62,901 nucleotides of DNA from Chiloscyllium plagiosum (Eukaryota). The translations under genes and the position numbers were made by a program. The notes beneath the pieces were generated by a model. It saw nothing but the letters and a program-made list of their open reading frames with translations, did not search any database and was not told the origin of the DNA. Numbering within the stretch: the first letter of the stretch is position 1; each line of letters opens with the position of its first letter. Shown piece after piece: positions 49,162 to 61,069 of this stretch. Where the stretch lies: contig NC_057719.1 in assembly GCF_004010195.1 (NCBI RefSeq), positions 68,934,622 to 68,997,522 of the forward strand, written 5' to 3'.

Positions 49162-52100
49162 TTTTTATTATTTCAAAAATATACTTTATTCATAGAAATA
49201 TTTTGATGATCTGCACAATTGGTCATGCCATACATACGTAAACATTCCATTTCTTTGCATACAGAGATCGAGTAATTATTCATATATACAGGTCTGAACA
49301 TTTACTGTCCATATGTTTAGCTGAGGTGTCAGCGGAGCCCACTTACTGCGTGGGCCCCCTGTTCTTAGGCAGACAGACGTTACATGGTGGTCTTTCCCCA
49401 CCGTGCCTTGGCGGCAACTGCCCCAAGCTTCAGCGCGTCCCTCAACACGTAGTCCTGGACCTTGGAATGTGCCAGTCCACAACACTCAGTTGGGGTCAAC
49501 TCCTTCAGCTAGAAGACCAAGAGGTTTCGGACAGACCAAAGAGCGTCTTTCACTGAGTTGATGATCCTCCAGGCACAGTTGATGTTCGTCTCAGTGTGCG
49601 TCCTGGGGAAGAGACCGTAGAGCACGGAGTCCCACGTCACGGAGCTGTCGGGACGAACCTCGATAAACACCACTGCATTCCTTTCCAGACTTCCTTTGCA
49701 TAGGCACATTCCAGAAGGATTCCACAGCCTTTGAGGGCAGCATGCAGTGCGGAAGAGAGTCCGGGCATGCATAAAGGATCTCACAGGCAGAGTCCTTCTC
49801 AACACCAGCCAAGCCATGTCTTGGTGCTTGTTGGAAAGTTCTGGCGATGAGGCATTCTGCCAAATGGCTTTGACAGTCTGCTCAGGGAACCGCTCGACAG
49901 GATCCGCCCTCTCCTTTTCCCGAAGGGTCTCAAAGACACTACGTGCTGACCACTTCCTAATGGACTTGTGGTCAAAGGTGTTTTTCTTCATAAATTTCTC
50001 CACGAAGGACAGGTGATACGGAACGGTCCAACTACTTGGAGCGTTCCGCGGCAGCGAGGCCAGGCCCATCCTTCGCAACACCGGGGACAGGTAGAACCTC
50101 AGTACGTAGTGACACTTGGTGTTTGCATACCGTGGATCCACGCACAGCTTGATGCAGCTACACACAAAGGTGGCCATCAGAGTGAGGGTGGCATTTTCAG
50201 CCCGTTGCCCAAAGCTATGTACATCGAGTCCCTTCGAACCCTGGCCATCCTTGATCTCCATGGCCCGGGTGACTGCAACGGCACAAGTTCTGGGGATAGG
50301 CCAGACTTGTGCCACATATAACAACACTGACAGTGCCTCACACCTGATGACCAGGTTTTTACCCGCGATGGAGAGCGACCGTAGCTTCCATCTGCCCAGT
50401 TTCTGCCTCACTTTCTTGATATGCTCCCCCCAAGACTTGGCACATGCCCTCAGCCCCCCCGAACCAAATACCCAGCACCTTCAGGTGGTCGGTCCTGACA
50501 GTGAAGGGAATCGAGGATTGGTCGGCCCAGTTCCCGAAGAGCATGGCCTCGCTCTTGCCTCGGTTTACCTTGGCCCCCGAGGCCCGTTCGAACTGGTGAC
50601 ATATGCACAAGAGTCTGTGCATGGACAGCGGATCAGAGCAGAAAACGGTGACGTCGTCCATGTACAGGGAGGCCTTAACCTGCAGACCCCCGCTGCCAGG
50701 AATAGTCACCCCTCTCAGGCTTGCATTCTTCCTGATGGACTCAGCAAATGGCTCTATCCAGCACACAAACAAGGCAGGAGAGGGAGGGCAGCCCTGCCTG
50801 ACTCCAGATCTGACTGGGAAGCTATCTGATTCCCACCCATTGATTGAGACTGCACTGACAATGTTGGTGTACAGCAGTCTGATCCAATTGCAGATTCCCT
50901 CCCCAAAGCCCATTTTGGAGAGAACATCTCTCATATACCTGTGTGATATCCTGTCAAAGGCTTTCTCCTGGTCCAGGCTGATGCGGCAGGTGTCCAATCC
51001 CCTGTCTTGCACGTAGGCGATCGTATCCCCGAGGAGTGCGAGACTCTCAGCGATCTTCCTGCCCGGCACAGCACAGGTTTGGTCAGGGTGAATCACCGAC
51101 CCCAGAGCAGACCTGACCCGGTTGGCAATTACCTTTGACAGAATTTTGTAATCTGCATTCAACAGTGAGATTGGTCTCCAATTTTTGAGTTCCTCCTTCT
51201 CCCCCTTCCGCTTGTAGATGAGGGTGATGATGCCTTTCCTCATGGATTCACTCATGGTACCTGCCCGAAGCATACTGACATACACCTCCAGCAGGTCCTG
51301 GCCAATCAAGTCCCACAGAGCAGAATAGAGCTTGACCGGTAAGCCGTCGCTTCCGGGAGTTTTATTCTTTTCGAAGGACTCGAGAGCCTTGGTCAGCTCG
51401 TCCAGAGATAGCGGCTGGTCCAGCCTCTCCCATGTTCTGTCATCTAAGACCTCCGTGATAGAGGACAGGAACGACTGGGAGGCCACGCTGTCGGTTGGCT
51501 TTGCATCATACAGACTGGCATAGAAGGATTTGCTGATCCTCATGACGTCAGCCTGAGATGATGTTACTGAGCCATCTTCTTTCTTCAGGCTGCTGAGCAC
51601 GGAGCTCTCTTTGTGCACCTTCTGGAAGAAAAAACAGAGCATGTCTCCATGGAGCAGACCTTGGACCGGAAGATTATCTTGGAGGCCTCCGAGGCAAAGA
51701 GGAAGGCTTGCTGGTCCTTCACCTCCTGGAGGTCCTCCGTGACATCGACCCCCATCGTCTGCAGCAGGAGCAGGTTCTGCAAACTTTCCTGGAGTTGGGA
51801 CAGTTTTCCCTGTCTCTCTCTCACCTCCTGAACACCTTTGAGGATGAAGAACCTCTTGATGTTCCCTTTTACAGTTTCCCACCAGTCTGTTGGGTTCTCC
51901 AACCTGCGTAGTCCCTCTTGAACTCCTGAATGTTTCCCGGGGTCAACAGCTTTGTGTTCAGCTTCCACGTTCCCTTACCAGCCAGCTGCTCACCCTGTAG
52001 GTGACAGTCAGCCAGCAGGAGGCAGTGGTCAGAGAAGGACACCGGCTTGACGTCTGTGGATCTGACCGAGTGTGTTCGGGACACAAACAGGTCATCTATC

Positions 52101-54310
52101 CTTGAGCGGATAGACCCGTCTGCCTGTGACCAGATGTATTTACACTGCGCTCTGTCTGTCGTGGTGCTGAAGACGTTGTGCAGCTTGGCATCTTTTACCG
52201 TGTCCATCAGGGCTCTGGACCTGGCGTCCAGTTTACTGTCCCCCCCGCCGGATCGTCCATCTGCATCAATGATACAGTTGAAGTCTCTGGCCAGAATGAC
52301 CAGCCTGGACGTAGCCAGCAACAGTGGAAGCTGCTGCAGGACGGCCAACCGTTCACTCTTACCCACTGGGGCGTACACATTAATCAGTCTCAGGGGAGCA
52401 TTCCTGTACATGACGAGGATGCTCCAGCCCACCACCTCCTTAACCTCGGAGATGGTGAAGTTGGCGCCTCGCAACAGGATACCCAGGCCGGAGGCGCAAC
52501 TATCGTTGCTCCCCGTCCACACTGACGGCCCATGGACCCACAAGCTCGACCATCTCCTGTAGCTGCTGAGGTGTGGTATCCCACACTCCTGCAGAAACAG
52601 GACATTGGCTTTTACATTGGCCAGGAAGGCCAACGTGGAGACACAATGCATTGCAGATTTAATGCTACGCACATTAATACTAGCAATTTTTACTCCCCAT
52701 TTCAACAGTTTCAGATTACCAGTGCTCATTTGCTGTAGGTCCAGCCTCTCTGGGGTAGCTATCTGCATTCCTTTGGTGAACGCGAACTGCTGGACACTTG
52801 CAGGGCTGAGGTAGCTGTCCAGCTCCACGCTGCAGACATTCCCCTGCTCTGGTGTCTTCGAGTCGGGACCAGGGTTCACACAGTCCCATTCTCTGTTTGA
52901 CAGCAGGGCTGTCAGAGGATCACTGCTCCCAGTTACCTGGAGCTGTGGGGGTGGTGGGTACATTCTGGTTCTCACTGGGTGGGGGGTGGTCTTTACCAGC
53001 CCCCTCAAAGGGTTTGTCATTTCCTATTTAGGGGTGTTGCCCTCCTTTCTCCCCGCGGCGCTATGTCTCTTCCTCTGGTGACGACCCTCCTCACGCCTGT
53101 CCCCACCATCTGAAGAGCTGGCTGCATCCTCCTCATGCAGGTGTCGGTTCCCCCTTTGCTGGGTGGCTTTGGGGGCATGGCGAGGTTTCCTCTTCCTATT
53201 TTTTACAAGAATCCAGTCCTCTGCCTACTTGGTTTGCTCCTTCTCCATCTCCTCCGTCTGTCCTGTGGGAGCTTGGATTGGCTGCTGCACCTACCCGCTG
53301 GCTGCCGTCTGCTCCAATCCATCCTTCTGAGTGCCCCCAGACACCGCTCCTCTGTTGGTTTGTGGTACCTTGCTAGCCTTTTGAGGTCCACAGCTCGCAT
53401 TGCCACCTCCGGCCATCTGTGCGTAGGTGGTGGTCCCTCGTCTTGGGCAGGCCTTGTATACGTGGCCCGCCTTTCCCCACAGATTGCAGCTCTCGGCCTC
53501 TTTGTATTCCTTGGTCGGGTGACCCTCCTTCTTGCAGTTCCGACAAATGGTGATCTCAGAGTCCGCCGCCATGTGGCCTGACCTCCCGCAGGTTCGGCAC
53601 ATTTTCGGCTGCCCTGCGAATGTCAGGTACCCTCTGCTCCCTCCGATTGCAAAGCTGGAGGGTGGGTGGAGGATGTTCCCACTAGCATCAATCCTAAGAG
53701 TTATCCTGACCTGCCATTTACTGGTCCAGATCCCGAAAGGGTCGACCACATCGGGTGCTTTCTCCCTCAACCTGGACATACCTTCTCAGGAAGGTCAGGA
53801 CGTCAGCTGCTGGGACATGGGGGGTTGTACATATGGATTGTAACAACCCGACTCCTCTGGCAGGAAGCACACACAATGGGACCACCGACAAGATGGAGAA
53901 CAGAGGCTCCCCTTCTTTCTCCTTGAAGACCTTCAGGAGCTGCTCACACTGCTTCATGCACCTGAAGGTCACATCGAAATAGCCTGCCCCAGGGAAATCC
54001 TGCAGGCAGTATACGTCTGCTGTGTCAAACCCGCAGCACTACAGTAGAATCTTCTTGATGAACACCGTATGATCGACAGGTGTATGATCTTCCACTTTCT
54101 TCACAGTCACCCTGACTGTGTTGCGAATGCCCTGACCTGGGCTGCGGGCGGCTGCTGAGGCCATAGCTCTGAGGTTGGCTGGTCCCTGAATTGGCTTTAG
54201 GCCGAAGCCAGCATGAAGAGCAGGTCAGCACAATCAAACGATCCTCCAAAGTCCAATCACGATCCAGCGATGATCTCCACTAGTTCTGATGACTCGAAGC
54301 TCCACTCTTG
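49162..54310 (-). mobile_element. Near-full-length Tx1-clade (L1 group) non-LTR retrotransposon, frameshifted
   Basis: ORF1 (ATG 54164) with three CCHC-type knuckles. ORF2 ~52700-49380 with APE (SINVRSI, FLQEC, DFNC, SDH), RT (WRPISLLNADYKI, LDQEKAFD, GVRQGCP, YMDD) and a C-terminal Cys motif. AATAAA and A-rich 3' end. Confidence 0.95.
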
Positions 54311-55639
54311 ATCACAGTATCTCCCCTGCAAAGGAAGCTGCAATGGATCATCCACTCAACACTTCTGGTGGAAACTTGCTAAAAATGCTGTCATGTACTC
54401 AACTCTTCCATCATTCAGAATGAGGATATTTCTACAGCCTCCTCCTCCAATGAGTTATTTACTTGACCCCACCATTTACAACTGGATGTGGCATGACTTC
54501 TGAGCTTAGATCTGATCCATTAGTTGTGGAATTGATTAGATCTGTTTATCATTTGTTGCTTATGCTGATTGAAATGCAAGTAGTCCTGTTAGGTGGCTTC
54601 ACCAGGTTGACACCTCATTTTTAGGTATGCCCTGTGCTACTCCTGGCATGCCCTCCAGCACTGTCCATTGAAGCAGGGTTGATCCCCTGGCTTGATAATA
54701 ATGGTAGAGTAGGGGACATGCTGGACTATGAGGTTATAGATTGTGCTGGAGTACAATTCTGCTGCTGTCGATAGCTCACTTCACCTCATAGATGCCCCAG
54801 ATTTGAGTTACTAGATCTGTTATAAGTCTGTCCCATTTAGCATGGTGATAGTGCCGCACAACATGATGGAGGTTATTCCCAGCGTGAGGGTGGGATGTTG
54901 TCTCCACAAGGACAGTGTAGAGGTCACTCTTACCAATAGTGTCAGGGACAGATGCATTTGCAGCCAGCGATTGGTAAGGATAAGGTCATGTATGTTTTTC
55001 CCTCTTGTCGGTTCCCTCACCTCCTATTGAAGACCCAGTCTAGAAACTTTGTCCTTTAGGACATGACTAGTTCGATCAGTAGTTCAGCTGCTGAAATATT
55101 CTTGGGCATTGAAATCTATGACCGAGAGTGCATTTTGTGCCCTTGCCACCCTCAGTATTTCCTCCACCTCATTATTCAACACAGAGGAGTACTGATTCAT
55201 CAGTTGAGAGAGGACTGTATGCGGTAATCAGCAGGAGGTTTCCTTGCCTGTGTTTAACTGGAAGCCATGACACTTGTTGGGGTCTAGAGTCAATGTTGAG
55301 GACTCCCAGGGCAACTCCTTCCCAACTATACACCACTGTGCCATCACCTCTATCTTGCCAGTGGAACGGAACATATCCAGGAATGGTGATGGTGATATCT
55401 GGGGCATTGTGTGTAAGGTAGGAGTCTTTGAGTGTGACTACTTCAGGAGGTTGCTGTACAGGACACTAGCGCCCAGTAAGTAGGACTTTGCAGAGTCAGA
55501 AGAGCTGTTACTGGCATTGTCTTTTCCAGTGCCTAGGTCAGTGCCTGCTAGTCTGTCGGGTATCATTTCTTTAATGAAACTTTGTAGTGATTGAAACAAC
55601 TGATAGGCCATTTCAGTGGGCAGTTGAGAGTCAAACACA

Positions 55640-56090
55640 TTGGGAATGTGGGAAAATGTGAGGTTTTGCATTTTGGAAAGAAGAATAGAGGGGTTGATTA
55701 ATATTTAAATGGAGAAAAACTGAAAAATCCTGCAGAGCAGGGGTATTTTGGAGTGCTTGTGCATAAATCTTAAAAAGCTAGCATACAAGCTCAGTGGGAG
55801 GAGGGAGGGTAAATGGAATGTTGGTGTTTATTTCAAAAGGGATGAAATATGAAGATAAGGAGATCCTGCTGAAACTACACAAGGCACTTGTCAGACCACT
55901 AGGAGAAAGTGAGGACTGCAGATGCTGGAGATCGGAGACCAGAGTGTGGTGCTGGAAAAGCACAGTAGGTCAGATAAGTCTTCATCAGGGCTTATGCCCG
56001 AAACATCAATTCTCCTGCTCCTCGGATACTGCCTGACCTGCTGTGCTTTTTCATCAACACACTCTTGAGACTTGTTAGACCACACTTAGA
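55640..56090 (+). mobile_element. CR1 fragment containing a fold-back Penelope-type terminal insert (55902-56067)
   Basis: ILLKLHKALVRP is interrupted; acttgt(c/t)agaccac is repeated on both sides of the insert. Confidence 0.7.
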
Positions 56091-56415
56091 ATGTTGATAA
56101 GAGAGGAAATTGCTGCCAAGGAAAAGCACCTGATTGGATCACTGGAATCTTGGCTTAACGTCTAACCTGCAAGTTGGAACCTCTGACTGTGCAGCATCCC
56201 CCCCCACCCCCACCGCAGTCTGTGGAGTGGAATTTGAACCAACAACTTTCTGACGAACGAGGTGTAAATGCTCCTTCTGAAACTTGTAGGACAAATGCAG
56301 GAGATCACTGTGGGTCAGACGGCATCCATGAATCTAGGTGACTCTTCATCAGAGATTCTCTCTCCATGAATGCTGCCTGACCTGCTGTGATCTCCAGCAT
56401 TTGTTGTTTTCAGTT

Positions 56416-57512
56416 GTTTTCAAAGAAAGGTGTTGTTTTCAAAGAAAAACACCTTTGACCACAAGTCCATCAGGAAGTGGTCAGCACGTAGTGTCCTTGA
56501 GACCCTTCAGGAAAAGGAGAGGGCAGATCCTGCCGAGCGGTTCCCTGAGCAGACTGTCAAAGCCATTTGGCAGAATGCCTCATCGCCAGAACTTTCCAAC
56601 AAGTACCAAGACATGGCTTGGCTGATGGTGAGAAGGGCTCTGCCTGTGAGATCATTTATGCATGCCCGGACTCTGCCGCAATGCACGCTGCCCTCGAAGC
56701 GGCTGCGGGAGGGACGAGACTGTCACACACCTCCTTCTGGAATGTGCCTATGCAGAGGAAGTCTGGAGAGGAATGCAGTGGTGTTTGTCGAGGTTCGTCC
56801 CGAGCAGCGCCGTGACGCAGGACTCCGTGCTCTACGGTCTGTTCCCCGGGACGCACACCGAGACGAACATCAACTGTGCCTGGAGGATCATCAACTCGGT
56901 GAAGGACGCTCTCTGGGTGGTCCGAAACCTGTTGATCTTCCAGCTGAAGGAGTTGACCCCGACTGAGTGTTGCAGACTGGCACATTCCAAGGTCCAGGAC
57001 TACGTGTTGAGGGACGTGCTGAAGCTTGGGGCAGCTGCCGCCAAGGCGCGGTGGGGAAAGACCACCGTGTAACATCTGCCTGCCTAAGAAGAACAGGGGG
57101 CCCACGCAGTCATTTGGGCTCCGCTTGCGTCTCAGCTCAATGTAATCGCACCAACCTGTGAATAGGAATGATTACCCTGTTTCGATACGCAAAGAAATGG
57201 AATGTTTACAGAATGATGACATGTCCAATTGTATAGATTAAATATATATGAATAAAGTATATTTTTGAAATAAAAAAAATCTGTTCTAACAGGGCACCCA
57301 CTCAGTAGGTGGGTTCTGCTGAAGCCACAGCTAAATAATAAGAGACTGGATGGTTAATAAAGGGAACTGTAAATAGGATAACTGTAAATTCGAGTAATTC
57401 AATCTGTTCTTTACGACATGCAATGTATATATTTATGAACGACATGACAAATTGTACAAGTACCAAAGATTTATTTCTATGAATAAAGTATATTTTGAAA
57501 TAATAAAAAAAA
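56416..57512 (+). mobile_element. 5'-truncated Tx1 copy followed by a second Tx1 3' UTR, bounded by one TSD
   Basis: ORF2 C-terminus CPRSGCGRDETVTHLLLEC..WGKTTV*. 15-bp repeat ttgttgttttcagtt at 56401-56415 and 57513-57527. Confidence 0.9.
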
Positions 57513-57859
57513 TTGTTGTTTTCAGTTCAGATTCAAGCAGCTGCTGTAATTTGTTCCGACTTTCTATGAGGCTTTTTTTATTGTGCAAAAACGTGACAAT
57601 TCCTGTTCTCGAGCTTTGAACTTTCAAGCTTAAAATCTGTTGTTGGGTGTATCCCTGGAGGGTTTATTACAGGGAGTCCTGTCTCCACCTGCTTGGATCA
57701 GTGAAACACCAATTTCCCTTCTCCAGTACCTTTAGCTCTAATAATTTTAAATAATGTTTTTAAAATGTTTCATGCTCTCAAGCTCTTTGATTTTCCTGGG
57801 TCAGTGTGGAAAAGGGGCTACGAAGTGTTGGTGAATCTCCCTGGGACTGGGGGTTTTCA

Positions 57860-58130
57860 TTGAGAGTGGGTGCCTGCCCTCGGCCGGAACTGAGAGTCGG
57901 GCTCTTGCTGTTCCGGGGCGGGGGAAGGAGAAAGCGGACGGAACGGAAGTGAATGGTGTCCGTGCAGGGAGAGCCGTGGACTAAGTGAGCGCCTTCAGCA
58001 GAACCACTTTCTCCCGGAGCTCACTCCCTCTCCCCGAGGCCGAGTTTATGTTAAAGACCGGGGAGTGTGCGAGACGGAGGTGAGGAGTGGAAGCTGCGGG
58101 AGTAGGGGGTGGCGGGCGGGGTAATGAGTG
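57860..58130 (+). promoter_or_regulatory. AQR: CpG/GC-rich housekeeping-type promoter and probable non-coding first exon of AQR
   Basis: Local CpG enrichment; GC box GGGGCGGGG at 57915-57923; ETS-type ACGGAAGTG at 57943-57951; candidate donors AA|GTGAGC (57985) and GAG|GTGAGG (58080); strong acceptor ttctttcttttgcag| at 60905 upstream of the ATG. Confidence 0.7.
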
Positions 58131-58846
58131 TAGCAGAAGCTTGGCATGTGTTGTAGATTCCACTGAAATTTTAAACTTACAGTTGGTAGCAGATTAGATG
58201 TCAGGGCACATCCTTGACTTTTGTGGTATCCCACTCACCATTGCTCATTCTGGAGGCTTTACTTCTTACAGTAAAGGTTCCTTGATCATCATCATCCTCA
58301 TCCAAATTCCCAGATATGGTGTACTCGTGTGGCTTCTGTCTCAATCAGGTGGTGTTTTCCCGATACTAGCTGCTCTCTTTGATGACCGCTGCTATCTTTC
58401 CCAGATTTAAAATAAAGCTCCTAATCCTGTTCTTGAATCGAGTTCTTGGTTGTAGCCATAAATGTCATATTTCCACATGACAATCTTTCCCACATTTTCT
58501 CACCAGTCTTATTAGTGAACCTCCATGTATTCACATAAGCAAAGTCTAACCCTCATTTAGAATGCTTCAATTGCTCCCTTATTCTGACTCGAGCTGTTAA
58601 CTTGCAATTCTGTATTCAAGTGCCCTGGTTTTTCCTCGGTGTTTGATACCCTCTCTTATACTCTCTCCTCGTTCTCGTATTCCTGTAAAACTAATTCAAA
58701 GCTCACAAACAAAATGTCCTGCAAAGAACTGCAATACTATCTGGCTATGTTCAAATGTAGCCCATTCAGCTTATACAGGTGCCATCTCCCCAGATCGAGT
58801 TGCAGTGTCCCAGGAATATAAAGCCCCTGTCCTGCCCCATCTTTCG

Positions 58847-59185
58847 TAGAATCCCTTTAGTGTGTAAACAGACCATTCAGCCCAACAAGCCCACACCAAT
58901 TCTCTAAAGAGCATCCCACCCAGACTTACCATACCCTACCCCTATCCCTGTAATCCTGCATTTCCCATGGTTAGTTCACCTAACCGACACATTTTTGGAT
59001 GTGAGGGACAATTTTAGCTTGGCCAATCCACCTAACTTGCACATCTTTGCACTGTGGGAGGAAACCAAAGCACCAAGTTGAAACCCACGCAGTCACGGGG
59101 TGACCTTCCCACAAACAGTTGCCCAAGGATGGAATTGAACCTGGGTCTCAGGTGCTGTGAGGTAGCAGTGCCACCATGCCACCCC
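58847..59185 (-). mobile_element. HE1-type SINE, older
   Basis: Reverse-complement HE1 match in the probable AQR intron 1. Confidence 0.8.
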
Positions 59186-59245
59186 CAGCCACATATTTAT
59201 CTGTTTATCCTCCAATATCTGTACTTAGTTGCATATTACACAAGG

Positions 59246-59875
59246 TAAAAGTGAGTACTGCAGATGCTGCAGGGGTTGGTTGTTGCGGGTGTCCCGGAGA
59301 TGTTCTCTGAAACGTTCTGCAAGTAGGCATCCTGTCTCCCCAATGTAGAGGAGACCCACATCGGGAGCAACGGATACAGTAAATGATGTGGAAGTGCAGG
59401 TGAAACTTTGATGGATGTGGAAGGCTTCTTTGGGGCCTAGGACCGAAGTGAGGGGGGAGGTATGAGTGGAGGTTTTGCAATTTCTGGTGTGGCAGGGGAA
59501 GGTGCCGGGAGGGAAAGGTGGGTTGTTGGCGGGGGTGGACCTGACAAGAGAGTTGCAGAGGGACTGGTCTTTACGGAAACCGATGGGAGTGGGGAGGGAT
59601 ATATATCTCTGCCGTTGAGGTTTTTTTGTACGTGGCAGAAATGGCAGGGGATGATGCAATGCATGCGGTGGTTGGCGGGGTGGAAGGCGAGGACTTGGGT
59701 GGAGGGGGTCCTGTCCTTGTTGCGGTTGGAGGGGTGTGGTTCGAGGGCGGAGGTACCGGAAGTGAATGAGATGCACTGGAGGGCATCATCAACCACATGG
59801 GTGGGGAAGTTGCTATCTTTAAAGGAGGAGGTCATCTGGTGTGTTCTGTGGTGGAACTGGTCCTCCTGGGAGCAG
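59246..59875 (-). mobile_element. Penelope-like element fragment (GIY-YIG preceded by a Cys linker), internally deleted
   Basis: GTFPCHTRNCKT..LLYIGETG..RFREHLRD. 11-bp TSD attacacaagg (59235-59245 / 59876-59886). Confidence 0.85.
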
Positions 59876-60221
59876 ATTACACAAGGATTAGTTCAGAAAT
59901 TACCAATTTGAGGTCATAATTGTTAATTTGTTAAGCTCCCCAAATTCTAATTGCAGGATTACATCCCCACTTCCTACCTGTGTCATTGGCATCAACATGG
60001 ATCACAACCTCTGCCTGATTAGCCCCCCGCTCTCAGAACAATGTCTTGTGGCTGCTCTGAGAATTCCCTGACTCTGGCTTTTTAAAGATTTCTTGCATTC
60101 AAACCCTTTCGTTTTGCTTGTACTGCATGTTTTGAGAAAGATGGCTATCTGCAATTCAGTATTTCTAGACTTTAAAGATACCTTCGGGTGAGTGCGGTTC
60201 ATTGTCTTTTTTTAAAAATCT

Positions 60222-60390
60222 GGTCAGAAGTCACATGACACCAGGACTTCACCTGATGAAGGAGCAGCACTTGAAATAAATCTGTTGGACTAGAGGAGCA
60301 GCACTTGAAATAAATCTGTTGGACTCTAACCTGGTGTTGTGTGACTTCTGATCTTGTCCACCCCAGACCAACTTCAGCACCTCCACGTCA
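60222..60390 (+). mobile_element. Penelope-terminus-derived short element with inverted ends and an internal tandem duplication
   Basis: cagaagtcaca..acaccagg / cctggtgt..tgtgacttctg; cacCTGATGAaggagc; aggagcagcacttgaaataaatctgttggact occurs twice. Confidence 0.7.
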
Positions 60391-60994
60391 TTTCTTTATC
60401 TGATCTTTACCTGCTCACTGGTGCTATGTTTGCCTTAAAATATTATTTACAACTTTGTATTCTTGTAGCTACTAAACTATTGTGAATGGGGGGAATGACT
60501 CCTGTGTCTTATGGTGAATAAGGAATCGGTCCACTATTAGTTAAATTTCCAATGGTGGTCTTTAGCAACTTGTTGAAAATAATCAAAATACTGTAAATAA
60601 TCGGCCTGGCTTAGTGTGTGGGATGCATACACTTTTTAAAAAAATTCTCAACTAATTCACTGTGTGGACTTTAATTTTAGTAAAGGAGGAATTGAGATAC
60701 ATTTACAAACGTTTTCAATAGGTTTGGAAACAATTATTCTCTATATTGTAAAATTTGCACTAGCCAGAAAGAAAAATGCAACCGTTTTCTCGTGTATCAG
60801 TTATGTTTAATGATTGCCTAAGCTCTGAAAAACAGAAATGGAAAATTAGTTTAACTTTTTTTTAAGGCTGGCCTAGTCCAGTTGTATATATTCTTTCTTT
60901 TGCAGGTTCTTTCTTAAATTGCAGATGAAATAAATTCTCGCCTAAATTATTTTCCCTGTTCTGAATCTCGAACAGCTGACAGGTTAACTAGAAA

Positions 60995-61069
60995 ATGGAT
61001 TCTGCATCTCATGGGAAAAAAATGGTGGCACCCACTGTATCTCAGATAAATGCTGAATATGTTACTCAG
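60995..61069 (+). CDS. AQR: RNA helicase Aquarius, first coding exon
   Basis: ATG at 60995 gives MDSASHGKKMVAPTVSQINAEYVTQ, matching the Aquarius N-terminus (KKIVAPTVSQINAEFVTQ). Ends CAG|GTAAGG, phase 0. Confidence 0.95.

Larger units (their letters stand above)
48195..55640 (-). mobile_element. Older CR1-group LINE split by HE1 (48828-49112) and Tx1 (49162-~54310)
   Basis: NYCPISVL..SKMMEGVIN at 48520-48768; host sequence resumes at ~54330; REPTRGKNIHDLIL at 54820-55020. Confidence 0.75.

Noticed and set aside
50116..53581. Long + strand ORFs opposite the Tx1 element
   Set aside because: Antisense shadows of GC-rich retrotransposon coding sequence.
46652..60900. ZNF770-like C2H2 gene expected upstream of AQR from recalled amniote synteny
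   Set aside because: No C2H2 zinc-finger array is visible in the window.
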